DNA from: an uncultured Polynucleobacter sp.
GTDB lineage: Bacteria > Pseudomonadota > Gammaproteobacteria > Burkholderiales > Burkholderiaceae
Direction of reading: 5' to 3'
DNA: 48,721 nucleotides
Assembly (NCBI GenBank): GCA_964343765.1
Contig: CAYFKO010000001.1
Span: 1 to 48,721 of the forward strand
Part shown: positions 12,435 through 24,104 of the stretch, in pieces
Layout of the letters: every line of letters begins with the position of its first letter
Position numbering within the stretch: the stretch's first letter is position 1
Made by a program: the position numbers and the translations under genes
Notes under the pieces: model-generated
What the model saw: the letters and a program-made list of their open reading frames with translations, nothing else
Told to the model about the DNA's origin: nothing
Database searches by the model: none

Positions 12435-13301
12435 TTATTTTTTCTTCATGTATTTAAGGAACTCGCCACTCGGATCGACAACCATTAAGTCTTTTCTATC
12501 TTTAAAGCTCGCTCTGTAAGCCTCAAGACTCCGATAAAACTGGGCAAACTGAGGATCTCGATTAAAAGCCTCGGCATAAATTGCCGTTGCCTTAGCATCA
12601 CCTTGACCCTTAATTTTTTGCGCCTCTCGATAAGCATCGGCCAAAATGACATCACGCTGACGCTCAGCATCAGCGCGAATCTTGTCAGATTCCGCACTAC
12701 CGGTTGATCGCAACTCGTTCGCCACACGCTTACGCTCAGCCTCCATGCGTCGATAAACTGAATCGCTGATCTCAGCAAGTAAATCCACTCGCTTTAAACG
12801 CACATCTACAATTTCAATACCAATATCCGCCGAATCATCGGCTACTTTCTTGCGGATACCCAACATAACTTCTTCTCGCTGCTCTGAAATCAACTCGCGA
12901 ACAGTTCGTTTAGTAAATTCTTCATTCAATGCTGATTTAACTAATTGCGCCATTCGATCCTGCGCCAAACGCTCATCACCCTTAAAGCTGATAAAAAATT
13001 TACGCGGGTCTACTATTCGCCATTTGACATATGAATCAACCAACAAGTTTTTCTTTTCTGCCGTGATAAAACGCTCTGCTTCAGGTGTATCAATCGTCAT
13101 AATGCGCCGATCAAAGTAGAGAACGTTTTGTAAAGGGGCTGGCAATTTAAATTGCAAACCAGGCTCTTGAATCACGCGAACAATTTCTCCAAAAGAGAAA
13201 ATAACTGCATATTTGCGCTGATCAACTACAAAAATCATCGATGTAATTAAATACAACGAAACCAATAAGCCAGCGAGAATTGCCAAAATTCGATTAGACA
13301 T
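12435..13301 (-). CDS. hflC: FtsH protease modulator HflC
   Basis: N-terminal TM segment, SPFH domain (EKKNLLVDSYVKWRI), VYRRMEAER, FYRSLEAY. Confidence 0.96.
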   Translation of the reverse strand: MSNRILAILAGLLVSLYLITSMIFVVDQRKYAVIFSFGEIVRVIQEPGLQFKLPAPLQNVLYFDRRIMTIDTPEAERFITAEKKNLLVDSYVKWRIVDPRKFFISFKGDERLAQDRMAQLVKSALNEEFTKRTVRELISEQREEVMLGIRKKVADDSADIGIEIVDVRLKRVDLLAEISDSVYRRMEAERKRVANELRSTGSAESDKIRADAERQRDVILADAYREAQKIKGQGDAKATAIYAEAFNRDPQFAQFYRSLEAYRASFKDRKDLMVVDPSGEFLKYMKKK

Positions 13302-13303
13302 AA

Positions 13304-14788
13304 TTACCTCGCATCCCTCTCACGACTTCTTAAGTTTTCTCGTTTATCGGCATTTGGTGCCGGAGTCACTTGCGTTGTCGTTGTTGATGGCGATTGAACT
13401 GCCGGAGCCTGATTGGAACTATTAGGCGCAGAAGACCCAGGTGCGGCGCCCTCTGATACCTGAGATACCAATTTCTCTAACGGCAAATAGAGCAATTGAT
13501 TTCCAGTTTTCACATCAACCATTACCTTCGATACATTACTAAAGATTTGTTGCATCGTATCGATGTACATTCGGTCACGAGTAACTTGTGGTGCTTTAGC
13601 ATATTCAACATAAACTTGTTTGAAACGCGAGGCATCACCTTCTGCCATCGCAACCACCTTCGCCTTATAACCTTCAGCCTCTTGAATCAATCGCGCTGCC
13701 GTTCCTTTTGCCTTTGGAATAATCTCATTAGCGTAAGCTTCGCCTTCATTTTTGAGTCGCTCTTGATCCTGGCCGGCCTTTACCGCATCATCAAACGCCG
13801 CCTGAACCTGCTCTGGAGGCTGGACATTCTGAACGGTCACACTGGTAATCGTGATACCTGATCGATAACTATCCAAAATTTTCTGTATCGATGCGGATAA
13901 GTCAATCGCAATTTTTTCACGACCTTCATAAAGAACCGTATCCATCTTACTTCGCCCAACAATTTCTCGAACTGCAGTTTGTGCCGCCTGAACCACCGCT
14001 AAATCAGGATCACGGTTCGTAAATAAATAATCCACTGGATCTTTTAAGCGATATTGAACCGCAAAACGAACATCAATAATGTTCTCATCTTCTGTCAACA
14101 TAGAAGAGTCTTTAAGATTGGTTGACTGAATCATCGTTGGACGACCAATCTCTACGGAACGCACGCCCGATAAATTGACGGTTTCGTGTGATTGAAATGG
14201 ATATGGCAAACGCCAGTTAATCCCCGGTCTTGCCGTATATTTGTATTTACCAAACTGAAGCACTATTCCAGCCTGGCCTTCTTGCACAATGAAAAAACCG
14301 CTCATCGCCCATAGCCCAACCACGATGGCAACAATTAAACCAAAGCCGACTTTAGGAAATTGAAAGTTAAAGTCCGGCTTTTTAGCTCCCCCCGTATTTC
14401 TTCCACCACCGCCAGAATTTGAGCTTGTTTCCGGAATGCGTGGCCTTGGTGATGGCTCACTGGAATCTGAACTACCTTGACTTGGGCGATTAGCACCCTC
14501 TCCAGGTTTATTTTTATTGCCAAATAGATTACCTAATCGGCGATTGAAATCATTCCATAGAACATCAAGGTCTGGAGGACCATCATTACTTCCAGGCTTT
14601 GAGGTATTTGGATTTTTGGGTTCCGAACCGCCTGAAGCCTCAGGCTTTTTACCTTCCCCCTCCTCAGGATTGGACTGCTCTGCCAATATTGGCAAACCAA
14701 AGCTTGAACGGTTTGACTCGATGGATGAGGACAGTCCTCGCATCTGTATGCGGCGGCGGAATTCATCGATAAAGGCTTTAATGCTCAA
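13304..14788 (-). CDS. hflK: FtsH protease modulator HflK; start uncertain (TTG 14788 or ATG 14743)
   Basis: GPPDLD..W N-terminal motif, TM segment, MLTEDENIIDV, QPPEQVQAAFDDAVKA and APQVTRDRMYI. The ORF-track start at 14866 overlaps hflX and is unlikely. Confidence 0.92.
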   Translation of the reverse strand: MSIKAFIDEFRRRIQMRGLSSSIESNRSSFGLPILAEQSNPEEGEGKKPEASGGSEPKNPNTSKPGSNDGPPDLDVLWNDFNRRLGNLFGNKNKPGEGANRPSQGSSDSSEPSPRPRIPETSSNSGGGGRNTGGAKKPDFNFQFPKVGFGLIVAIVVGLWAMSGFFIVQEGQAGIVLQFGKYKYTARPGINWRLPYPFQSHETVNLSGVRSVEIGRPTMIQSTNLKDSSMLTEDENIIDVRFAVQYRLKDPVDYLFTNRDPDLAVVQAAQTAVREIVGRSKMDTVLYEGREKIAIDLSASIQKILDSYRSGITITSVTVQNVQPPEQVQAAFDDAVKAGQDQERLKNEGEAYANEIIPKAKGTAARLIQEAEGYKAKVVAMAEGDASRFKQVYVEYAKAPQVTRDRMYIDTMQQIFSNVSKVMVDVKTGNQLLYLPLEKLVSQVSEGAAPGSSAPNSSNQAPAVQSPSTTTTQVTPAPNADKRENLRSRERDAR

Positions 14789-14789
14789 T

Positions 14790-16043
14790 TTAGACGTCTC
14801 TTGGAGAATAAGTTGGAATCGATGAAGATAATCCACCTGGATAATCTGCGCTAGCAGGCCTCTCAACCACAGGCTCCGAGCTCAGATTTTCAGATAAATC
14901 ATCATTCTGTTCAATTTTATCAGTGTCTCTGGCAAGTTCTGTCAATACCGAGCGAAGTAAGTCTAATCCCAACCCGGTTTTTGCTGACAAATAAACTGCC
15001 GTCACCCGCCCATCCTTATCCACACGGGTTTCAGCAGTTCTCCCCATGTACTCAGGCAACTGGTCAATCTTATTCATTACAAGGATTACGGGTATTTTGT
15101 CTGCCCCAATCTCAGCCAATACCTTTTCCACCTCGGCAATCTGCTGATCTCTTACAGGGCTTGCGGCATCAACCACATGAAGCAGCAAATCGGCATGAAC
15201 AGTCTCATCAAGCGTTGCTCGAAAAGCTTCCACCAATTGATGAGGCAAATCCCTGATAAATCCAACCGTATCTGAAATCACGACATTTCCAACCTCTGGC
15301 AAGTACATTCTGCGCGAAGTCGTATCTAAAGTGGCAAACAATTGGTCAGCTGCGTAGGTTCCTGCCTTAGTTAAGGCATTAAATAAGGTTGACTTTCCGG
15401 CATTGGTGTACCCAACCAAGGAGATGGAAAAGACATCCTTACGCATTCTGGAGCGTCTTTGAGTGCTCTGCTGGCGTTGTAATTTCGCCAAATCGGCCTG
15501 CAAACGTTTGCCCTTAGTCTCCAACATACGCCGGTCAAGCTCCATCTGAGTTTCGCCCGGACCTCCACGCATACCAATGCCACCTTTTTGGCGCTCTAAA
15601 TGGCTCCATGCTTTAACCAATCGAGATAAACGATAGCGTACATTGGCAAGCTCTACTTGTACCTTACCAACGTGACTTTTAGCTCGCTGAGCAAAAATAT
15701 CCAAAATCAGACCAGTTCGGTCGAGGACGTGGCGCTTAAGGCGTCTTTCAAGATTTCTTTGCTGCGCTGGGCTTAACGCATGATTAAAGATAACAATATC
15801 AATGGCGTCGGCCTCGACTATTCCAGCGATCTCATCCACCTTACCGCTTCCGATGAAATAAGCAGGATCAAGCTTTAATCGCTTGGCAACAATGCTATGA
15901 ATGGGTTGAGAGCCGGCTGCACTTGCCAATAATGCAAGCTCAGACATACTTTCTTGGAAGTCAGATTGACCAGAATCTACCCCAACCAGCACGGCTCGGA
16001 CCAAATCGGCCCCAGATGAATAACTAACTTGCAGATTCCTCAT
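14790..16043 (-). CDS. hflX: GTPase HflX (start approximate)
   Basis: [44 protein letters not shown] and NKID motifs. Confidence 0.96.
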   Translation of the reverse strand: MRNLQVSYSSGADLVRAVLVGVDSGQSDFQESMSELALLASAAGSQPIHSIVAKRLKLDPAYFIGSGKVDEIAGIVEADAIDIVIFNHALSPAQQRNLERRLKRHVLDRTGLILDIFAQRAKSHVGKVQVELANVRYRLSRLVKAWSHLERQKGGIGMRGGPGETQMELDRRMLETKGKRLQADLAKLQRQQSTQRRSRMRKDVFSISLVGYTNAGKSTLFNALTKAGTYAADQLFATLDTTSRRMYLPEVGNVVISDTVGFIRDLPHQLVEAFRATLDETVHADLLLHVVDAASPVRDQQIAEVEKVLAEIGADKIPVILVMNKIDQLPEYMGRTAETRVDKDGRVTAVYLSAKTGLGLDLLRSVLTELARDTDKIEQNDDLSENLSSEPVVERPASADYPGGLSSSIPTYSPRDV

Positions 16044-16263
16044 CAAGACGGAAAGTCACCGCTTTAGCAGGAACAACCGTCGATATCGCATGCTTATAGA
16101 CCATTTGAGTTACGGTATTGCGCAACAAGACGACATATTGATCAAACGACTCAATATTGCCCTGTAATTTAATACCGTTCACTAAATAGATAGACACAGG
16201 AATATGCTCTTTACGCAGAGCATTTAAAAATGGGTCTTGCAAAAGCTGTCCTTTGTTATTCAT
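16024..16263 (-). CDS. hfq: RNA chaperone Hfq
   Basis: [49 protein letters not shown]. Confidence 0.98.
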   Translation of the reverse strand: MNNKGQLLQDPFLNALRKEHIPVSIYLVNGIKLQGNIESFDQYVVLLRNTVTQMVYKHAISTVVPAKAVTFRLDEESAS

Positions 16264-16366
16264 GAATACCTCTTTATTTTATGTTTTTGTTGGTTTTTTA
16301 CTTACTATTTATGAGGAAAACTAATTGTAATTCAGCTAGTTACTGCCTTTGAAACCTAACTATAGC

Positions 16367-17728
16367 TCAATTCCCTTTTTTTATGCGAGATTTTCCTGGT
16401 TCTAAATATGGATTCTTACTTGAACGTAGCTCAATCCGAAGCGGAGTCCCCCGCAACTTGAAAAATTCACGAAAACGCCCTTCTAAATAACGCTTGTAAC
16501 TATCGGTAACCCCATCCAATGCGTTACCGTGAATCACAACGATTGGGGGATTAGAACCTCCTTGGTGCGCATAACGCATCTTAGGCCTAAAACGTCCCAC
16601 CCGTTTAGGCTGCTGAAACTCAACTGCCTCACCCAAAATTCGCGTTAATTTTGGCGTAGATAACTTCACCATGGCAGCCGCATACGCTGCATCCACGTCT
16701 TTAAAAAGTTCCTTTAGACCAAAACCCTTAATTGCTGAGATGGGGTGAACATTAGCAAAATCTAAGAACCTTAATTTTCGAGCAATATCATTGCGGCAAG
16801 TTTCCTTAGCATAAGCATCTAAGCCATCCCATTTATTAACGGCGACGACCAATGCCCTTCCTGCATCCACAATAAAACCAGCAATATGCGCATCCTGCTC
16901 AGAAATATCTTGTTGAGCATCCAACATTAAAACAACGACATTTGCATCCGCAATTGCCTGCAATGTTTTTACGACAGAGAATTTTTCAATTGCTTCAAAC
17001 ACTTTGCCACGTTTTCTCAACCCAGCAGTATCGATCAACACATAAGGCTTATTGCCTCGAGTAAACGGCACCTCAATGGCATCACGTGTCGTTCCCGGCA
17101 TATCAAATGCAATGACCCGCTCTTCGCCAATCAAGGTGTTAATCAGCGTCGATTTTCCAACGTTAGGTCGACCGACAACGGCAATACGAATAGGTTTTTC
17201 TGCGCCATCATCCTCTTCTTCATCTGGTTCTGGAATCCCAAGCGTATCAAGCGCCTCATCAATCATTGCACGCACACCATCCCCATGCGCAGATGAAATC
17301 GCTACCGGCTCGCCTAAACCTAACTCATAGAAATCTGATGCAACGGTCGCATGAGACATACCTTCCGATTTATTGACCGCCAAAATAACAGGTCGCCCTG
17401 TTTTGCGAAGAAAGTCAGCAATCACTCGATCTTGCGGAGCCATACCAAGACGGCCATCCACCAGAAAAATAACAATGTCAGACTCTACGACAGCTTGCTT
17501 TGTCTGCTTGGCCATTTCCGCCAAAATACCTGTTTTGGCAACTGGCTCAAAGCCGCCAGTATCAATACAAATGAACTCCCGCTCACCTATTCGACCATTG
17601 CCATAATGGCGATCACGGGTCAGGCCAGAAAAATCGGCAACCAAGGCATCTCTTGAGCGTGTCAGACGGTTAAACAACGTTGACTTTCCAACGTTAGGTC
17701 GACCGACAATCGCTATAACTGGCTTCAT
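16367..17728 (-). CDS. der: Ribosome biogenesis GTPase Der
   Basis: Two [10 protein letters not shown]-loops, DTGG/DTAG, NKSE/NKWD and a C-terminal KH-like domain. Confidence 0.98.
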   Translation of the reverse strand: MKPVIAIVGRPNVGKSTLFNRLTRSRDALVADFSGLTRDRHYGNGRIGEREFICIDTGGFEPVAKTGILAEMAKQTKQAVVESDIVIFLVDGRLGMAPQDRVIADFLRKTGRPVILAVNKSEGMSHATVASDFYELGLGEPVAISSAHGDGVRAMIDEALDTLGIPEPDEEEDDGAEKPIRIAVVGRPNVGKSTLINTLIGEERVIAFDMPGTTRDAIEVPFTRGNKPYVLIDTAGLRKRGKVFEAIEKFSVVKTLQAIADANVVVLMLDAQQDISEQDAHIAGFIVDAGRALVVAVNKWDGLDAYAKETCRNDIARKLRFLDFANVHPISAIKGFGLKELFKDVDAAYAAAMVKLSTPKLTRILGEAVEFQQPKRVGRFRPKMRYAHQGGSNPPIVVIHGNALDGVTDSYKRYLEGRFREFFKLRGTPLRIELRSSKNPYLEPGKSRIKKGN

Positions 17729-17758
17729 TAAACTCTCAACTTTTAAATGGCTAGTTCA

Positions 17759-18907
17759 TTACTTAGGTCTAAAGCCAGCTAAGGTGCCGCCTTTTGACTG
17801 AACCACAATGACTCCACCTGTGGCCACAGGCGCAGCAGTAACTGAACTACTATCAACGCGAACACGCCCCAATAAATCCCCATTATCTTGGGAGAATAAA
17901 TGAACGTAACCTTGAGAATCGCCGAAGACAACCACTTTACCAACTGCAAGCGGCTCACCTAAATCACGCCACACCAACTTTTCATTACGCCACAACTCTT
18001 GACCATTAGAAGCACTAAATGCCACTACGTTAGATTTTTCGTTTGCTGAAAATACTTTGTCAGGTGTTTGTGCAAGACCCGTAAAACTTGAAAAATCTTT
18101 TGCCCAAGATATCGTTGCTGTTTTAATTTCCCCACAACCAATCTTGCCTTGATAGGACACCGCACACATTCTCGATCCAACGAGACTTGGTTTTGCAGTA
18201 ATGTCATTTAGTCGCTCAATTTCAGAGAAGCCACGTGGCATTGATAAAAGACTTTCCCAAATTAAATTGCCATTGGCTAAAGCAATAATGCCGAATTTTC
18301 CCGAAGAAAGACCCGTCATCAATACTTCATTATTGATGTTCATCATGCCGTAACTAGCTCGAAGTGAGAGTGCTGATTGACCACGTTGATATACCCAACG
18401 TCGCTTACCAGTACCAGCATCTAAACCCACAAAACGATTGTCTACCGTACGGACAACCACAACACCACCACCCACTAATGGCTCAGTTAATACTTCAGTC
18501 CCAACGGATTCTTCCCATAACTTCGTACCATTCATATCGAAGGCAAAAACCATACCTTTGACATTGGCTACTGCAATCACTCGACCATCCGTACCAGGCC
18601 CCGCTGACAAATCGGAGCCAACTTTAATATTCCATACCACTCGACCAGTACTAGCATCTACACGATATATATTTCCGCCTGCTGAGGCCGCCAACAATTC
18701 ATCACCAATTGCAACTGGTCTAAACGTATACGGATCAGATTTACCTAGACTAATCGACCATGCCTGTTCCAAGTTAATCGCCGTATTAATCGTTGGTAAA
18801 TCAGCCGCTAATTTACGCTTTGTTCCTGAGCACCCAGCAACTAAAACAAGAGAAGTTACCGCCAGAATCCAGGCTCCACGTTTCATTTGTGCGCTTACCT
18901 TCTTCAT
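17759..18907 (-). CDS. bamB: Outer membrane protein assembly factor BamB (lipoprotein)
   Basis: Lipobox VAGC, PQQ-type beta-propeller repeats and EIERLND motif; position between yfgM and der. Confidence 0.92.
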   Translation of the reverse strand: MKKVSAQMKRGAWILAVTSLVLVAGCSGTKRKLAADLPTINTAINLEQAWSISLGKSDPYTFRPVAIGDELLAASAGGNIYRVDASTGRVVWNIKVGSDLSAGPGTDGRVIAVANVKGMVFAFDMNGTKLWEESVGTEVLTEPLVGGGVVVVRTVDNRFVGLDAGTGKRRWVYQRGQSALSLRASYGMMNINNEVLMTGLSSGKFGIIALANGNLIWESLLSMPRGFSEIERLNDITAKPSLVGSRMCAVSYQGKIGCGEIKTATISWAKDFSSFTGLAQTPDKVFSANEKSNVVAFSASNGQELWRNEKLVWRDLGEPLAVGKVVVFGDSQGYVHLFSQDNGDLLGRVRVDSSSVTAAPVATGGVIVVQSKGGTLAGFRPK

Positions 18908-19614
18908 TAGAAACCTCCCAAGCTATCAATCTTCACTTTAAGTAATCGTTGAGTTTCATCTGGATTTCGTTTTTCTAAATCACGAATAACAGGATCAACT
19001 TCCTTCTGGCCATAAGCTTTTGCTTTTGCCTTTGACAAAACATCCCAAGCTTCACGATAGCTCTTTAATGCATCCTCTTTTTTGCCTTGCACCAAGTACC
19101 AATCACCACGTCGCTCAAGCATCAACGCCTCAAAACCAGCTGCAGCAGATTTTTTTAATAATTGATCCGCTTCATTAATAGCGTCGGCACTCCCTTTATC
19201 CAATAAAGATAAAACTAAACGTGATCGAGCAATATTACGCATCCCTTCAGTTGAGGCTTTATCTTCAACCCAACGTAACTGCTTCATTGCTCCATCCACA
19301 TTACCGGTATCTGCCAATAAATTGGCACTAACCAGGCCCGCCATGCCTGCATAGGCTGTGGAGGAATAATCTGCTTGAATCTGCTGGGCAATTTTTTCAA
19401 CCTTAGGTAAATCTTTATTAGCCGCAGCCACAATCAAAGTTTCATAAACCTGAGAGGCTTTGCCAGCGACGCTATCCTGATACTTCCCAAACATCTTGTA
19501 GGAGAAATAACCCAACAAAATGACTGCAGCGCCTACAGCAACCCAACGTCCAACGCTAGTCCACCAAGCTTTGAGATTCGCTATTTGTTCTTGTTCTTCT
19601 AAATCAAATGCCAT
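18907..19614 (-). CDS. yfgM: YfgM-family ancillary SecYEG translocon subunit (TPR)
   Basis: MAFDLEEQEQI..LKAWW N-terminus, TM segment, TPR-like helices, C-terminal K.DSLGG; conserved hisS-yfgM-bamB order. Confidence 0.9.
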   Translation of the reverse strand: MAFDLEEQEQIANLKAWWTSVGRWVAVGAAVILLGYFSYKMFGKYQDSVAGKASQVYETLIVAAANKDLPKVEKIAQQIQADYSSTAYAGMAGLVSANLLADTGNVDGAMKQLRWVEDKASTEGMRNIARSRLVLSLLDKGSADAINEADQLLKKSAAAGFEALMLERRGDWYLVQGKKEDALKSYREAWDVLSKAKAKAYGQKEVDPVIRDLEKRNPDETQRLLKVKIDSLGGF

Positions 19615-19659
19615 GTTTAATTAAACCTTCACTTTGTAATCGTTAAGATGGTTTTGCTA

Positions 19660-20997
19660 TTAATCACCTGAGCCAGCAACTAATGCATCAATCACCGCCT
19701 CTAATAAACCCTCTAAAGGAACCGCTTTTTGCTCGCCAGTACCCCTTAAATCTTTCAACTGAGCTTGATTTGCTGCTAATTCATCTTCTCCGATGATAAC
19801 GGCATACGCAGCCCCACTTCCATCCGCCTTCTTCATTTGAGACTTAAAGCTTCCAGGACTACCATCGGCGGTGCTATGTAAGATGACTTCTATTCCTGCA
19901 GAGCGCATTTGCTCTGCAGCCACTAAAGCCTTAACCAAGGTATCACCACCTTGGTGCAAGACGTAAACATCGCACCCAGCTTCCAAGTCGGAGCCTAGAT
20001 TTTGCTCTTTCATGAGCTCAATCACCCGCTCAATACCCATAGCCCAACCGCATGCAGGCGCTGGTTTTCCACCCATCCGCTCAATTAAAGGGTCGTAACG
20101 CCCCCCACCGGCAACAGTTCCCTGAGCTCCTAATTGATCAGTAACCCACTCAAATACAGTCAAGTTGTAATAATCCAACCCTCTGACAAGGCGTGGATTA
20201 ATTTTGAATGGCAAATTATTGGCTTTTAGCAAAGTCTGCAAAGTCTCGAAATGCGCTAAGGACTCTTCCCCCAAGTAATCGATTAACTTAGGAGCATCTT
20301 CAATCAATGACTGCATCTGGGGATTTTTCGAATCTAAAATGCGCAATGGATTTAGTTGCAAACGCCTCTTAGAATCTTCGTCAAGCTGGTCCTCATGCTT
20401 TGAAAAATAATCCACTAATGCAGCGCGATGAGCCAAACGCTCATTAGCCTGCCCCAAGGAATTAATCTCTAAACGAATACCTGTTAACCCAAGGTCATCC
20501 CATAAACGCTGACACATCAAAATAATTTCAGCATCAATATCTGGCCCTGCAAATCCTAAAGCTTCAATACCAAATTGATGAAATTGACGATAACGTCCTC
20601 TTTGTGGACGTTCGTGCCTAAACATCGGTCCAATATAGCAAAGTCGCTTTGGGCCATCATATAAAAGATTATGTTCAACAACTGCTCGAACCGCTGCTGC
20701 AGTCCCTTCAGGTCGAAGCGTCAATTGCTCACCGTTTAATCGATCCTCAAAGGAATACATTTCCTTCTCGACGATATCCGTTACTTCACCAATACCTCTA
20801 GAAAAAACTGCAGTTTGTTCAACAATTGGTGTTCTAAGTGTTGAATAACCATAAGTTTTGGCCAAGCCCATCACTGTCTTCTCTAAAAACTCCCAACGAA
20901 TCGCGTCGGCAGGAAGAAGATCATTCATCCCCCTAACTCCGGTTAACTTGGAAACCTTTTTTCCACCTTCAGTTGTTTGGTCTTTGTTTGAACTCAT
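19660..20997 (-). CDS. hisS: Histidine--tRNA ligase
   Basis: [40 protein letters not shown] and GGRYD motifs. Confidence 0.98.
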   Translation of the reverse strand: MSSNKDQTTEGGKKVSKLTGVRGMNDLLPADAIRWEFLEKTVMGLAKTYGYSTLRTPIVEQTAVFSRGIGEVTDIVEKEMYSFEDRLNGEQLTLRPEGTAAAVRAVVEHNLLYDGPKRLCYIGPMFRHERPQRGRYRQFHQFGIEALGFAGPDIDAEIILMCQRLWDDLGLTGIRLEINSLGQANERLAHRAALVDYFSKHEDQLDEDSKRRLQLNPLRILDSKNPQMQSLIEDAPKLIDYLGEESLAHFETLQTLLKANNLPFKINPRLVRGLDYYNLTVFEWVTDQLGAQGTVAGGGRYDPLIERMGGKPAPACGWAMGIERVIELMKEQNLGSDLEAGCDVYVLHQGGDTLVKALVAAEQMRSAGIEVILHSTADGSPGSFKSQMKKADGSGAAYAVIIGEDELAANQAQLKDLRGTGEQKAVPLEGLLEAVIDALVAGSGD

Positions 20998-21036
20998 GAG
21001 CTTCTTTTATTAATAAATAGTAGTCAACGCTTTTAC

Positions 21037-22299
21037 CTAAGCGTTCACCTTATGTTTTCCGTAACGCGTTGCAACGTAATCATTCACGATTTGCAAAAAT
21101 TCTTCGACTATATGATCACCCCGTAAAGTCTTTGCTTTTTGTCCATCAATGAATACGGGAGCAGCAGGTGACTCACCAGTACCTGGCAATGAAATGCCAA
21201 TATCTGCATGCTTACTCTCACCAGGCCCATTCACAATACATCCCATGACCGCCACATTCATAGACTCTACACCAGGATATTCCTTCTTCCAAATTGGCAT
21301 TTGCTGACGCAAATACGACTGAATCTGGGATGCTAAAGACTGAAAGAATGTACTCGTAGTCCGACCACAACCTGGGCAAGCAATCACCATCGGTGTGAAA
21401 TGCCGCAAATCCATAGTTTGCAAGATCTCTTGCGCAACAATTACTTCATTCTCTCTAGGAGCCCCAGGCTCCGGAGTTAGAGAAACTCGAATGGTGTCAC
21501 CAATACCTTCTTGCAAAAGTACACTTAAGGCCGCAGTAGATGCAACGATTCCTTTACTACCAATTCCCGCCTCTGTTAAACCTAAATGCAAAGGGTATTC
21601 GCATCGTTTTGCTAAGTCTCTGTAGACCGCTATTAAATCTTGAACCGCACTTACCTTGCATGAAAGTAAAATTTGGTTTGCCGGCAAACCAATATCTTCT
21701 GCTTTTTTAGCCGACTGCAATGCTGACTGAATAAGCGCTTCAATCATTACTTCTCGAGCTTCACGCGGCTTAGCTAAGGCAGCATTTTGATCCATTAACT
21801 GCGCCAACAAATCTTGATCCAAACTACCCCAATTGACACCTATCCGAACCGGCTTGTCATATTGACAAGCTAATTCAATCATTTGTGAAAACTGAACATC
21901 ACGCTTTGCGCCTTGACCCACATTACCTGGATTGATTCGGTATTTAGAAAGCGCTTGAGCGCACTCCGGATAATCCGTTAACAAGGTATGTCCGTTGTAA
22001 TGAAAATCTCCAATAATTGGAACCTCAATACCCATCTTATCGAGTTGTTCACGAATCAATGGCACCGCCTTCGCAGCCTCGGGTGTGTTAACAGTAATAC
22101 GAACCAACTCAGAGCCAGCCCTTGCTAGCTCTTTAATTTGAATGGCAGTTTCTACTACATCGGCAGTGTCTGTATTCGTCATAGATTGCACACGAATAGG
22201 TGCATCACCACCCACAGTAATTTCAGTACCACCCCAGACGATTCTCGCCTGCAAAGATTGCCTTCGCTTGTAACTTGTTAGATCCAAACTTGAATTCAT
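21037..22299 (-). CDS. ispG: (E)-4-hydroxy-3-methylbut-2-enyl-diphosphate synthase
   Basis: [40 protein letters not shown] and [13 protein letters not shown] motifs; ATG 22299 overlaps the rlmN stop (TAATG). Confidence 0.97.
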   Translation of the reverse strand: MNSSLDLTSYKRRQSLQARIVWGGTEITVGGDAPIRVQSMTNTDTADVVETAIQIKELARAGSELVRITVNTPEAAKAVPLIREQLDKMGIEVPIIGDFHYNGHTLLTDYPECAQALSKYRINPGNVGQGAKRDVQFSQMIELACQYDKPVRIGVNWGSLDQDLLAQLMDQNAALAKPREAREVMIEALIQSALQSAKKAEDIGLPANQILLSCKVSAVQDLIAVYRDLAKRCEYPLHLGLTEAGIGSKGIVASTAALSVLLQEGIGDTIRVSLTPEPGAPRENEVIVAQEILQTMDLRHFTPMVIACPGCGRTTSTFFQSLASQIQSYLRQQMPIWKKEYPGVESMNVAVMGCIVNGPGESKHADIGISLPGTGESPAAPVFIDGQKAKTLRGDHIVEEFLQIVNDYVATRYGKHKVNA

Positions 22300-23453
22300 T
22301 ACTTCACCCACTTGATTTGGCGCTCAAGCTCACGCTCAGCCAATCGTGTTCGATCGATCACATCACCCGCCAACTGCCCGCAAGCCGCGGCAATATCATC
22401 GCCCCTGGTTTTACGAATAGTTGTCACTATTTTTGCATTTTGCAAAATTGACGCAAATCGCTCCACTCGTTCCTTCGAGGATTTTTTTAATCCAGAATCA
22501 GGAAATGGATTAAATGGTATTAAGTTGAGCTTGCAGCGAATACTTTTTAACAAGGCGACTAATTCTTCAGCATGTCTATCGGTGTCATTCACGCCATCCA
22601 ACATACAATATTCGAAGGTTAAAAAATCTCTCGGTGCATAAGGCAAATAACGCTTACATGCCGCCATAAGTTCCTGTAATGGATACTTGCGATTAATCGG
22701 CACTAATTCATCTCGCAACTTATCATTGGGCGCATGCAAGGAAACTGCTAAGGCCACAGGTAAATCACTAGCGAGTCGATCCATCATCGGCACCACACCA
22801 GAGGTTGATAAGGTAACACGACGTCGAGACAATCCATAAGCGTTGTCATCTAACATTAAACGCATGGCACTAACCACAGCATCGTAATTGAGCAATGGTT
22901 CTCCCATACCCATCATGACGACATTTGAAATTACGCGCCCTTCATGACCAGGTAGTGGAGTTTTGTCGTAGGCATCGACTCGACGAATTGCTTTGGGGTC
23001 GGCGCGCAAATGATGCTCCGCAAACCAAAGTTGACCAATAATCTCACCAACTGTTAAGTTCCGCGCAAATCCTTGTTTACCAGTGGAGCAAAATTTGCAA
23101 TTTACTGCACAACCCGCTTGGGAAGAGATGCACAAAGTACCTCGATCATCTTCAGGGATGTAAACCATCTCGACAGCATTGTTGTCACCAACATCCAAAA
23201 GCCACTTGCGCGTGCCATCCGTCGCTAATTGATCAGTGATAACCGGTAGACTTTTGATCTCAACTTTATCTTCCAAAGAGGCTCGAAAACTCTTAGCAAG
23301 ATCACTCATCTGTTGCACATCAGCAACCCCTCGTTGATGAATCCAATTGAGAAGTTGCTTTGCGCGAAATGGCTTTTCATTCAGGCCAGCAATAAAACTC
23401 GCCAGCCTGTCCCCGTCTAAGTCGAGAAGATTGGTTCGGGGATTTAAGGACAC
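22299..23453 (-). CDS. rlmN: Dual-specificity 23S rRNA m2A2503 / tRNA methyltransferase
   Basis: [15 protein letters not shown] radical-SAM motif, MGMGEP and DIAAACGQL. Confidence 0.97.
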   Translation of the reverse strand: MSLNPRTNLLDLDGDRLASFIAGLNEKPFRAKQLLNWIHQRGVADVQQMSDLAKSFRASLEDKVEIKSLPVITDQLATDGTRKWLLDVGDNNAVEMVYIPEDDRGTLCISSQAGCAVNCKFCSTGKQGFARNLTVGEIIGQLWFAEHHLRADPKAIRRVDAYDKTPLPGHEGRVISNVVMMGMGEPLLNYDAVVSAMRLMLDDNAYGLSRRRVTLSTSGVVPMMDRLASDLPVALAVSLHAPNDKLRDELVPINRKYPLQELMAACKRYLPYAPRDFLTFEYCMLDGVNDTDRHAEELVALLKSIRCKLNLIPFNPFPDSGLKKSSKERVERFASILQNAKIVTTIRKTRGDDIAAACGQLAGDVIDRTRLAERELERQIKWVK

Positions 23454-23456
23454 AAA

Positions 23457-23882
23457 TTAACGTGCGTAAATTTGCATTCCAGGGAAGAAGAATGCTACTT
23501 CAACTGCCGCTGTTTCAGGGGCATCTGAGCCATGGACTGCATTAGCGTCAATGCTATCAGCGAAATCAGCACGAATAGTACCTTTGTCCGCTTTCTTAGG
23601 ATCCGTTGCACCCATGAGTTCACGGTTCTTTGCAATGGCGTTCTCGCCTTGCAATACTTGAATCATGACTGGGCCAGAAACCATGAAGTCAACCAAATCT
23701 TTGAAGAAAGGACGCTCTTTGTGAACAGCATAAAATTGTTCAGCCTCTAAACGAGACAAATGAGCCATCTTTGAAGCGATGATTTTCAAGCCAGCGCCTT
23801 CAAAACGGCTGTAAATTTGACCAATCACGTTTTTAGCGACTGCATCAGGCTTGATGATAGAAAGTGTACGTTCGATTGCCAT
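23457..23882 (-). CDS. ndk: Nucleoside diphosphate kinase
   Basis: [26 protein letters not shown] and NAVHGSD motifs. Confidence 0.98.
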   Translation of the reverse strand: MAIERTLSIIKPDAVAKNVIGQIYSRFEGAGLKIIASKMAHLSRLEAEQFYAVHKERPFFKDLVDFMVSGPVMIQVLQGENAIAKNRELMGATDPKKADKGTIRADFADSIDANAVHGSDAPETAAVEVAFFFPGMQIYAR

Positions 23883-23921
23883 TTTATAAAGCTCCAGTGG
23901 ATTACAAGGTTTAAAGCCCTT

Positions 23922-23931
23922 GATTATACAT
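23922..23931 (-). promoter_or_regulatory. Putative sigma70 -10 element for ndk
   Basis: Minus strand reads ATG-TATAAT about 40 nt upstream of ndk, followed by a GGAG SD. Confidence 0.5.
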
Positions 23932-24104
23932 TGAAAAACCTAGTTAAAACCCTAATTAAAGCGATCTAACGTACTGATTTTGAAGATATAACCCGACAGC
24001 AAGTAGTGTTTTTTTATTTACTTTCAAGGACTTGAAATTTCATAGAATTGCCTATAAGTTATGTCTAAGCCGAATTTTCGGTTTTTTATAGGAGAAATAC
24101 TCGA

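Noticed and set aside
14789..14866. ORF-track hflK start overlapping hflX by 77 bp
   Set aside because: Longest-ORF artefact; starts at 14788 or 14743 avoid the overlap.
18438..18941. 167-aa plus-strand Thr/Pro-rich ORF
   Set aside because: Antisense to bamB; its composition is explained by the reverse complement of Gly/Val codons.
23934..23960. Imperfect tandem AAAACCTAGTTAAAACCCTAATTAAA upstream of ndk
   Set aside because: Only two degenerate AT-rich units, best explained as promoter UP-element sequence or chance.
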